From assembly GCF_009914755.1 (NCBI RefSeq), contig NC_060944.1: a stretch of DNA of 64,000 nt. One strand, given 5' to 3'. This DNA comes from the human T2T-CHM13v2.0 reference genome, Homo sapiens. The stretch's first letter is position 1. Every line of letters starts with the position of its first letter. A model generated the notes under the pieces. It was not told the DNA's origin. It searched no databases and saw only the letters and a program-made list of their open reading frames with translations. Position numbers and translations under genes: made by a program. Positions 12,859-23,659 of the stretch are shown piece after piece.

Positions 12859-15800
12859 AATGTAAACCTCAAAAAGAAGTTTGTGATAATGTTTCTGTCC
12901 AGTTTTTATGTGAATTTATTTCCTTTTCTACTATAGGCCTCAAAGCTCTGCAAATATGCACTTGCAGATTTTACAAAAAGATTGTTTCAAAACTACTTTT
13001 TCCAAAGGACTGTTCAACTCACTGAGTTGAGTGCACACTTCACAAAGAAGTTTCTGAGAATGCTTCTGTCTACTTTTTATGTGAAGATATACCCGTTTCC
13101 ACCGTGGGACCTAAAGAGCTCCAAATATCCACTTGCAGAATCTGCAAAAAGAGTGTTTCAAAACTGCTCTTTCAAAAGAAAGTTTCACCTCTGTTTGTTG
13201 AACACATCACAAAGAAATTTCTGAGAATGCTTCTGTCTACTTTTTATGTGAACATACTTCCTTTTCCAACATAGACCTCAAAGTGCTCCAAATATACGAT
13301 TCCAGATTCTACAAAAAGAGTGTTTCAAAACTGCTCTATCAAAACGATGGTTCAACTCTGTGAGTTGAATGCACACATCACAAAGAAGTTTTTGATAGTG
13401 CTTCTGTCTAGTTTTTATGTGAAGATGTTCCCGTTTGCACCGAAGGCCTCAAAGAGGTCCAAATATCCACTTGCAGATTCTACAAAAAGAGTGTTTCAAA
13501 ACTGCTCTATGAATAGGAATGTTCAACTCTGTGATTTGAATGCAAACAACACAAAGAAGTTTCTGAGAAAGCTTCTGTTTGGTTTTACTGTGAATTTATT
13601 TCCTTTTTCACCACAGGCATTAACATTCTCAAAATGTACACTTGCAGATTCTACAAAAAGAGTTTTTCAAAACTTCTCTATCCAAAGAAAGGTTCAACAC
13701 TGTAGGTTAAATGCACACATCAGAAAATAGTTTCTGAGAATGCTTCTGTATAGTTTTTAATACGAAGAAATTTCCTTTTTTACCTTTGGCCTAAAAGCGC
13801 TCCAAATATCCCATTGCTTATTCTACAAAAAGAGTGTTTCAAAACTGCTCTATGAAAAGCAAGGTTAAACTCTCTGAGTTGAATGCACACATCCAAATAA
13901 GTTTCTGAGACTGTTTCTCTCTAGTTTTTATGTGAAGATACTTCCTTTTCCACCGTACGCCTCAAAGCTTTCCAAAAGTCCACTTGCAAATTCAACGAAA
14001 AGAGTGTTTCAAAACTGCTCTATGAAAAGGAATGTTCAACTCTGTGAGTTGAATGGAAACATCACAAAGAAGTTTCTGAGAATGCTTCAGTCTATTTTTT
14101 ATGTGAAGATATTCCCGTTTCCAATGAAGGCCTCAAAGCGCTCCAAATATCCACTTGCAGATTCTACAAAAAGTGTGTTTCAAAACTGTTCTACCAACAG
14201 GAAGGTTCAACTCTGTGAGTTGAATGCACACATCACAGAAAAGTTTCTCAGAATAATTCTGTCTAGTTTTTATGTGAAGATGTTCCCGTTTGCACAGAAG
14301 GCCTCATAGCGGTTAAAATATCCACATGCAGATCCTACAAAAAGAGTGTTTCAAAACTGCTCTATGAAAAGGAATGTTCAACTTCGTGAGTTGAATACAA
14401 ACATCACAAAGTAGTTTCTGAGAATGCTTCTGTCTAGTTTTTATGTGAAGATATTTCCTTTTCTACCATAGGCCCCAAAGCCCTGCAAATATCCACTCGC
14501 AGATTCTACAAAAAGAGTGTTTCAAAACTCCTCTATCAAAAGGAAGGTTCAACTCTCTGAGTTGAATGCACACATCACAAAGAAGTTTTTGAGAATTCTT
14601 CAGTCGAGATTTTAGGTGAAGATATTCCTGTTTCCACCGAAGGCCTCAAAGCTGTACAAATATCCACCTCCAGATCTTACAAAGAGTGATGCAAAACTAC
14701 TCTATCAAAAGTAATGTTCAACAATATGAGTTGAATGCGAACGTCACAAATTAGTTTCTGAGAATGCTTCTATCTAGTTTTTATATGAAGACATTTCCTC
14801 TCCTGCCATACGCCTCAAGGCACTCTAAATATCCGCTTGCACATTCTACAAAAAACTGTTTCATATTTGTTCTATGAAAAGGAAGGTTCAACTCCCTGAG
14901 TTGCATGCTCACACCACAAAGAAGTTTCTGAGAATGCTTCTGTCTAGTTTTTATGTGAAGATATTCCCCTTTCCACCATAGTCCTCAAACTTCTCCAAGT
15001 ATCCACTTGCAGATCCTACAAAAAGAGTGTTTCAAAACTGATCTATGAAATGGTATGTTCACCTCTATGAGTTTAATGCACACATCACAAAGAAGTTTCT
15101 GAGAATGCTTCTCTCTTTTTTTATGTGAAGATATTCCCGTTTCCACCGCAGGCCACATAGAGCCCAAAATATCCATTGCAGATTCAACAAAAAGAATGTT
15201 TGAACACTTCTCTATCAAAAGAAAGATTTAAATGCGTTAGTTGAATGCACACATCACAGAGAAGTTTCTGAAACTGCTTCTGTCTACTTTTTATGTGAAG
15301 ATAATTCCTGTTCCACCATAGGCCTCAAAGCTCCCAAAATGTTCACTTGCAGATTCTACAAAAAGAGGGTTTCAAAACTGCTCTATCAAAATAAAGTTTC
15401 AATTCTGTGAGTTGAATGCACGCATCACAAAGATGTTTCTTAGAAAGCTTCTGTCTATGTTTTATGTGACGATTTTCCCGTTTCCAAGAAGGCCTGAAAG
15501 CAGTCCAAATATCCCCTTGCAGATACTATGAAAAGAGTGTTTCAAAACTACTCCATGAAAAGTTATGTTCAACTCTGTGAGATGAATGCAAACATCAGAA
15601 AGAAGTTTCTGAGAATGCTTCTGTCTGGTTTTTATGTGAAGATATTTCCTTTTCCACCATAGGCCTCCAAGCATTCCAAATGTCCACTTGCAGATTCTAC
15701 AAAAAGAGTGTTTCAAAACTGTTCTATCAAAAGAAAGGTTCAGCTCTGTGAGTTGAATTCACACATCACAAAGAAGTTTCTGAGAATGCTTCTGTCTAGT

Positions 15801-15987
15801 TTTTATGTGAAGATATTCCCCTTTCCAAGGAAGGCCTCAAAGCAGTCCAAATATCCACTTGCAGATTCTACGAAAAGAGAGTTTCAAAATTTCCCTATGA
15901 AAAACTAAGTTCAACTCTGTGAGTTGAATGCACACATCACAAAGAAGTTTCTGAGAATGCTTCTGTCTAGTTTTTATGTGAAGATAT

Positions 15988-16004
15988 TCCCGTTTCCAAC
16001 GAAG
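15988..16004 (-). promoter_or_regulatory. Canonical CENP-B box
   Basis: TCCCGTTTCCAACGAAG on the + strand. Confidence 0.9.
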
Positions 16005-19000
16005 CCATCAAAGCCGTCCAAATATGCACTTGCAGACTCTACGAAAAGAGTGTTTCAAAACTTCTCTATGAACAGGTAAGTTCAACTCTGTGAGTTGAAT
16101 GTACACATCACAAAGAAGTTTCTGAGAATGCTTCTGTCTTGTTTTTATGTGAAGATATTCCCGTTTCCAATGAAGACCTCAAAGCTCACCAAATATCCAC
16201 TTGCAGATTCTATAAAAAGAATGTTTCAAAACTGATCTATCAAAAGAAAGGTTCAAATCCGTAAGTTGAATATACACATCACAAAGAAGTTTCTGAGAAT
16301 GTTTCTGTCTAGTTTTTAAGCGAAGATATTCCCATTTCCAACGAAGGCCTAAAAGCGGTCCAAATATCCACTTGCAGATTCTACGAAAAGAGTAATTCAA
16401 AACTGCTCAATGGAAAGGCACGTTCAACTCTGTGAGTTGAATGCAAACATCACAAAGAAGTTTCTGAGAATGCTTCTGTCTAGTGTTTATGTGAAGATAT
16501 TTCCTTTTCCACCACAGGCCTCAAAGCACTCCAAATGTCCACTTGCAGAATCTACAAAAAGAGTTTTTCAAAACTGCTCTATCAAAAGTAAGGTTCAAAT
16601 CTGTGAGTTGAATGCACACATCAGAAAGAAGTTTCTCAGAATGCTTCTGTCTAGTTTTTATGTGAACATATTCCCGTTTCCAATGAAGGCCTCAAGGCAG
16701 TCCAATTATCCACCTGATGATACTATGAAAAGAGTGTTTCAAAACTGCTCTATGAAAAGGTGTGTTCAGCTCTGCGAGTTGAATGCAAACATCACCAAGA
16801 AGTTTCTGAGAATGCTTCTGTATAGTTTTTATGTGAAGATATTTCCTTTTCCACCATAGGCCTCAAAGCTCTCCAAATGTCCCGTTGCAGGTCCTACAAA
16901 AATTGTGTTTCAAAACAGCTCTATCAAAAGAAAGGTTCAACTCTGAGAGTTGAATGCACACATCACAAAGAAGTTTCTGGAATGCTTCTATCTAGTTTTT
17001 ATGTGAAGATATTCCTGTTTCAAACGAAGGCCTCCAAGCAGTCAAAATATTCACTTGCAGATTCAAAGAAAAGAGTGTTTCAAATCTGCTCTAAGAAAAG
17101 GTAAGTTCAACACTTTGAGTTGAATGCACACATCACAAAGAAGTTTCTGAGAATGCTTCTGTCTAGTTTTTAATGTAAAGATATTCCCGTTTCCAATGTA
17201 GGCCTCAAGGCAGTCCAAATATCCACTTGCAGATTCTACGAAAAGACTGTTTCAAAACTGCTTTATGAAAAGGAATGTTCAACTCTATGAGTTGAATGCA
17301 AACATCACAAAGAATTTTCTGAGAATGCTGCTCTCCACTTTTTATGTGAAGATATTTACTTTGCATCGAGAGGCCTCAAAGCTCTCCAAATGTCCACTTG
17401 CAGATTGTGCAAAAAGATTGTTTCAAAACTGCTCTATCAAAAGAAAGGTTCAGCTCTGTGAGTTGAATGCACACGTCACAAATAATTTTGTGAGAATGCT
17501 TCTGTCTAGTTTTTATGTAAAGATATTCCCGTTTCCAACAAAGGTCTCAAAGCAGTCTAAATATCCACTTGCAGATTCTACTTAAAGAGTGTTTCAAAAC
17601 TGCTCTATGAAAAGGTATGTTCAACTCTGTGAGATGAATGCACATATCACAAAGAAGTTTCTGAGAATGCTTCTGTCTAGTGTTTATGTGAAGATATTTC
17701 CTTTTCCACCACAGGCCTCAAAGCACTCCAAATGTCCACTTGCAGAATCTACAAAAAGAGTTTTTCAAAACTGCTCTATCAAAAGTAAGGTTCAAATCTG
17801 TGAGTTGAATGCACACATCAGAAAGAAGTTTCTCAGAATGCTTCTGTCTAGTTTTTATGTGAACATATTCCCGTTTCCAATGAAGGCCTCAAAGCGCTCC
17901 AAATATCCACTTGCAGATTCTACAAAAAGTGTGTTTCAAAACTGTTCTACCAACAGGAAGGTTCAACTCTGTGAGTTGAATGCACACATCACAGAAAAGT
18001 TTCTCAGAATAATTCTGTCTAGTTTTTATGTGAAGATGTTCCCGTTTGCACAGAAGGCCTCATAGCGGTTAAAATATCCACATGCAGATCCTACAAAAAG
18101 AGTGTTTCAAAACTGCTCTATGAAAAGGAATGTTCAACTTCGTGAGTTGAATACAAACATCACAAAGTAGTTTCTGAGAATGCTTCTGTCTAGTTTTTAT
18201 GTGAAGATATTTCCTTTTCTACCATAGGCCCCAAAGCCCTGCAAATATCCACTCGCAGATTCTACAAAAAGAGTGTTTCAAAACTCCTCTATCAAAAGGA
18301 AGGTTCAACTCTCTGAGTTGAATGCACACATCACAAAGAAGTTTTTGAGAATTCTTCAGTCGAGATTTTAGGTGAAGATATTCCTGTTTCCACCGAAGGC
18401 CTCAAAGCTGTACAAATATCCACCTCCAGATCTTACAAAGAGTGATGCAAAACTACTCTATCAAAAGTAATGTTCAACAATATGAGTTGAATGCGAACGT
18501 CACAAATTAGTTTCTGAGAATGCTTCTATCTAGTTTTTATATGAAGACATTTCCTCTCCTGCCATACGCCTCAAGGCACTCTAAATATCCGCTTGCACAT
18601 TCTACAAAAAACTGTTTCATATTTGTTCTATGAAAAGGAAGGTTCAACTCCCTGAGTTGCATGCTCACACCACAAAGAAGTTTCTGAGAATGCTTCTGTC
18701 TAGTTTTTATGTGAAGATATTCCCCTTTCCACCATAGTCCTCAAACTTCTCCAAGTATCCACTTGCAGATCCTACAAAAAGAGTGTTTCAAAACTGATCT
18801 ATGAAATGGTATGTTCACCTCTATGAGTTTAATGCACACATCACAAAGAAGTTTCTGAGAATGCTTCTCTCTTTTTTTATGTGAAGATATTCCCGTTTCC
18901 ACCGCAGGCCACATAGAGCCCAAAATATCCATTGCAGATTCAACAAAAAGAATGTTTGAACACTTCTCTATCAAAAGAAAGATTTAAATGCGTTAGTTGA

Positions 19001-19743
19001 ATGCACACATCACAGAGAAGTTTCTGAAACTGCTTCTGTCTACTTTTTATGTGAAGATAATTCCTGTTCCACCATAGGCCTCAAAGCTCCCAAAATGTTC
19101 ACTTGCAGATTCTACAAAAAGAGGGTTTCAAAACTGCTCTATCAAAATAAAGTTTCAATTCTGTGAGTTGAATGCACGCATCACAAAGATGTTTCTTAGA
19201 AAGCTTCTGTCTATGTTTTATGTGACGATTTTCCCGTTTCCAAGAAGGCCTGAAAGCAGTCCAAATATCCCCTTGCAGATACTATGAAAAGAGTGTTTCA
19301 AAACTACTCCATGAAAAGTTATGTTCAACTCTGTGAGATGAATGCAAACATCAGAAAGAAGTTTCTGAGAATGCTTCTGTCTGGTTTTTATGTGAAGATA
19401 TTTCCTTTTCCACCATAGGCCTCCAAGCATTCCAAATGTCCACTTGCAGATTCTACAAAAAGAGTGTTTCAAAACTGTTCTATCAAAAGAAAGGTTCAGC
19501 TCTGTGAGTTGAATTCACACATCACAAAGAAGTTTCTGAGAATGCTTCTGTCTAGTTTTTATGTGAAGATATTCCCCTTTCCAAGGAAGGCCTCAAAGCA
19601 GTCCAAATATCCACTTGCAGATTCTACGAAAAGAGAGTTTCAAAATTTCCCTATGAAAAACTAAGTTCAACTCTGTGAGTTGAATGCACACATCACAAAG
19701 AAGTTTCTGAGAATGCTTCTGTCTAGTTTTTATGTGAAGATAT

Positions 19744-19760
19744 TCCCGTTTCCAACGAAG
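19744..19760 (-). promoter_or_regulatory. Canonical CENP-B box (duplicate of the 15988 box)
   Basis: TCCCGTTTCCAACGAAG at +3756 from the 15988 box. Confidence 0.9.
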
Positions 19761-20204
19761 CCATCAAAGCCGTCCAAATATGCACTTGCAGACTCTACGA
19801 AAAGAGTGTTTCAAAACTTCTCTATGAACAGGTAAGTTCAACTCTGTGAGTTGAATGTACACATCACAAAGAAGTTTCTGAGAATGCTTCTGTCTTGTTT
19901 TTATGTGAAGATATTCCCGTTTCCAATGAAGACCTCAAAGCTCACCAAATATCCACTTGCAGATTCTATAAAAAGAATGTTTCAAAACTGATCTATCAAA
20001 AGAAAGGTTCAAATCCGTAAGTTGAATATACACATCACAAAGAAGTTTCTGAGAATGTTTCTGTCTAGTTTTTAAGCGAAGATATTCCCATTTCCAACGA
20101 AGGCCTAAAAGCGGTCCAAATATCCACTTGCAGATTCTACGAAAAGAGTAATTCAAAACTGCTCAATGGAAAGGCACGTTCAACTCTGTGAGTTGAATGC
20201 AAAC

Positions 20205-22634
20205 ATCACAAAGAAGTTTCTGAGAATGCTTCTGTCTAGTGTTTATGTGAAGATATTTCCTTTTCCACCACAGGCCTCAAAGCACTCCAAATGTCCACTT
20301 GCAGAATCTACAAAAAGAGTTTTTCAAAACTGCTCTATCAAAAGTAAGGTTCAAATCTGTGAGTTGAATGCACACATCAGAAAGAAGTTTCTCAGAATGC
20401 TTCTGTCTAGTTTTTATGTGAACATATTCCCGTTTCCAATGAAGGCCTCAAGGCAGTCCAATTATCCACCTGATGATACTATGAAAAGAGTGTTTCAAAA
20501 CTGCTCTATGAAAAGGTGTGTTCAGCTCTGCGAGTTGAATGCAAACATCACCAAGAAGTTTCTGAGAATGCTTCTGTATAGTTTTTATGTGAAGATATTT
20601 CCTTTTCCACCATAGGCCTCAAAGCTCTCCAAATGTCCCGTTGCAGGTCCTACAAAAATTGTGTTTCAAAACAGCTCTATCAAAAGAAAGGTTCAACTCT
20701 GAGAGTTGAATGCACACATCACAAAGAAGTTTCTGGAATGCTTCTATCTAGTTTTTATGTGAAGATATTCCTGTTTCAAACGAAGGCCTCCAAGCAGTCA
20801 AAATATTCACTTGCAGATTCAAAGAAAAGAGTGTTTCAAATCTGCTCTAAGAAAAGGTAAGTTCAACACTTTGAGTTGAATGCACACATCACAAAGAAGT
20901 TTCTGAGAATGCTTCTGTCTAGTTTTTAATGTAAAGATATTCCCGTTTCCAATGTAGGCCTCAAGGCAGTCCAAATATCCACTTGCAGATTCTACGAAAA
21001 GACTGTTTCAAAACTGCTTTATGAAAAGGAATGTTCAACTCTATGAGTTGAATGCAAACATCACAAAGAATTTTCTGAGAATGCTGCTCTCCACTTTTTA
21101 TGTGAAGATATTTACTTTGCATCGAGAGGCCTCAAAGCTCTCCAAATGTCCACTTGCAGATTGTGCAAAAAGATTGTTTCAAAACTGCTCTATCAAAAGA
21201 AAGGTTCAGCTCTGTGAGTTGAATGCACACGTCACAAATAATTTTGTGAGAATGCTTCTGTCTAGTTTTTATGTAAAGATATTCCCGTTTCCAACAAAGG
21301 TCTCAAAGCAGTCTAAATATCCACTTGCAGATTCTACTTAAAGAGTGTTTCAAAACTGCTCTATGAAAAGGTATGTTCAACTCTGTGAGATGAATGCACA
21401 TATCACAAAGAAGTTTCTGAGAATGCTTCTGTCTAGTGTTTATGTGAAGATATTTCCTTTTCCACCACAGGCCTCAAAGCACTCCAAATGTCCACTTGCA
21501 GAATCTACAAAAAGAGTTTTTCAAAACTGCTCTATCAAAAGTAAGGTTCAAATCTGTGAGTTGAATGCACACATCAGAAAGAAGTTTCTCAGAATGCTTC
21601 TGTCTAGTTTTTATGTGAACATATTCCCGTTTCCAATGAAGGCCTCAAGGCAGTCCAATTATCCACCTGATGATACTATGAAAAGAGTGTTTCAAAACTG
21701 CTCTATGAAAAGGTGTGTTCAGCTCTGCGAGTTGAATGCAAACATCACCAAGAAGTTTCTGAGAATGCTTCTGTATAGTTTTTATGTGAAGATATTTCCT
21801 TTTCCACCATAGGCCTCAAAGCTCTCCAAATGTCCCGTTGCAGGTCCTATAAAAATTGTGTTTCAAAACAGCTCTATCAAAAGAAAGGTTCAACTCTGAG
21901 AGTTGAATGCACACATCACAAAGAAGTTTCTGGAATGCTTCTATCTAGTTTTTATGTGAAGATATTCCTGTTTCAAACGAAGGTCTCCAAGCAGTCAAAA
22001 TATTCACTTGCAGATTCAAAGAAAAGAGTGTTTCAAATCTGCTCTAAGAAAAGGTAAGTTCAACACCTTGAGTTGAATGCACACATCACAAAGAAGTTTC
22101 TGAGAATGCTTCTGTCTAGTTTTTAATGTAAAGATATTCCCGTTTCCAATGTAGGCCTCAAGGCAGTCCAAATATCCACTTGCAGATTCTACGAAAAGAC
22201 TGTTTCAAAACTGCTTTATGAAAAGGAATGTTCAACTCTATGAGTTGAATGCAAACATCACAAAGAATTTTCTGAGAATGCTGCTCTCCACTTTTTATGT
22301 GAAGATATTTACTTTGCATCGAGAGGCCTCAAAGCTCTCCAAATGTCCACTTGCAGATTGTGCAAAAAGATTGTTTCAAAACTGCTCTATCAAAAGAAAG
22401 GTTCAGCTCTGTGAGTTGAATGCACACGTCACAAATAATTTTGTGAGAATGCTTCTGTCTAGTTTTTATGTAAAGATATTCCCGTTTCCAACAAAGGTCT
22501 CAAAGCAGTCTAAATATCCACTTGCAGATTCTACTTAAAGAGTGTTTCAAAACTGCTCTATGAAAAGGTATGTTCAACTCTGTGAGATGAATGCACATAT
22601 CACAAAGAAGTTTCTGAGAATGCTTCTGTCTAGT
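20205..22634 (-). repeat. Direct tandem duplication of 1197 bp (7 monomers): 20205-21401 and 21402-22598, with identity running to 22634
   Basis: ORF pairs 20633/21830 and 21021/22218 are offset by 1197. I saw three substitutions (CCTAC/CCTAT, AGGCCTCC/AGGTCTCC, CACTTTG/CACCTTG). Confidence 0.93.
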
Positions 22635-22975
22635 TTTTTTTGTGAAGATATTCCCGTTTCCGACGAACACCTCAAAGCAGTCCAAATAACCACTTGCAGA
22701 TTCTACGAAAAGCGTGTTTAAAAACTTCTCTATGAAAAAGTATGTTCAACTCTGTGAGTATAATGCACACATCACAAAGAAGTTTCAGAGAATGCTTATG
22801 TCTAGTTTTTATGTGAAGATATTCCTGTTGCCAACGAAGACCTCAAAGCAGTCAAAATAGCCACATGCAGATTTTACGAAAACAGTGTTACAAATCTGCT
22901 CTATGAAAAGGTATGTTCAACACAGTGATTTGAATGCAATCATCAAAAAGAAGTTTCTGAGAATGCTTCTGTCTA

Positions 22976-22977
<2 letters not shown>

Positions 22978-23014
<37 letters not shown>

Positions 23015-23018
23015 TTTA
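22978..23018. repeat. (TTA)7(TTTA)5 microsatellite derived from the L1 poly(A) tail
   Basis: Seen directly, abutting the L1 3' terminus. Confidence 0.92.
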
Positions 23019-23110
23019 TTTTATTATACTTTAAGTTTTAGGGTACATGTGCACATTGTGCAGGCCAGTGACATATGTATACATGTGCCATGCTGGTGCG
23101 CTGCACCCAC
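22980..23110 (-). mobile_element. Very short L1PA2/3-like 3'-end insertion (~90 bp of 3'UTR plus a microsatellite A-tail)
   Basis: (TTA)7(TTTA)5, then TTATACTTTAAGTTTTAGGGTACATGTGCACATTGTGCAGG...GCTGCACCCAC. It is flanked by AGTTT at 22975 and 23111 (short TSD) and the monomer register is preserved across it. Confidence 0.92.
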
Positions 23111-23642
23111 AGTTTTTATGTGAACATATTTCCTTTCCACTTTAGGCCTCATATCTTTCCAAATGTCCACTTGCAGATTCTGCAAAAAAGAGTGTTTCAT
23201 AATTGCTCTATCAAAAGAAAGGTTCAAATCTGTGAGTTAAATGCACTCATCACAATGGAGTTTCTGAGAATCCTTCTGTCTCGTTTTTATGGGAAGACAT
23301 TCTCGTTTCCAAGGAATGCCTCAAAGCAGTCCAAATATCCACTTGCAGATTCTACAAAAAGAGAGTTTCAAAACTGGTCTATGAAAAGGTATGTTTAACT
23401 CTATGAGTTTAATGCACACATCACAAAGAAGTTTCTGAGAATGCTTGTTTACAGGTTTTATGTGAAGATATTCTCGTTTCCAACAAAGGCCTCAAAGCAG
23501 TCCAAATATCCACTTGCAGATTCTAAGAAAATAGTGTTTCAAAACTGCTCTATGAAAAGTTATGTTCAACTCTGTGAGTTGAATGCATACATCACAAAGA
23601 AGTTTCGGAGAATGCTTCTGTCTAGTTTTTATGTGAAGATAT

Positions 23643-23659
23643 TCCCGTTTCCAACGAAG
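23643..23659 (-). promoter_or_regulatory. Canonical CENP-B box
   Basis: TCCCGTTTCCAACGAAG on the + strand. Confidence 0.9.

Larger units (their letters stand above)
14109..21648 (-). repeat. Direct tandem duplication of 3756 bp (22 monomers): 14109-17864 and 17865-21620, with identity running to 21648
   Basis: Identical ORF pairs offset by exactly 3756 (14985/18741, 15462/19218, 15708/19464, 16179/19935, 16410/20166, 16877/20633, 17265/21021). I saw no differences between the copies by eye. Confidence 0.93.
12858..22979 (-). repeat. Divergent alpha satellite with mixed A/B monomers (SF5-like), reverse orientation, containing young tandem duplications
   Basis: 171-bp periodic CACATCACAAAGAAGTTTCTGAGAATG, with both TTTCCTTTTCCACCATAGG and TTCCCGTTTCCAACGAAGG monomer types. 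Confidence 0.95.
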
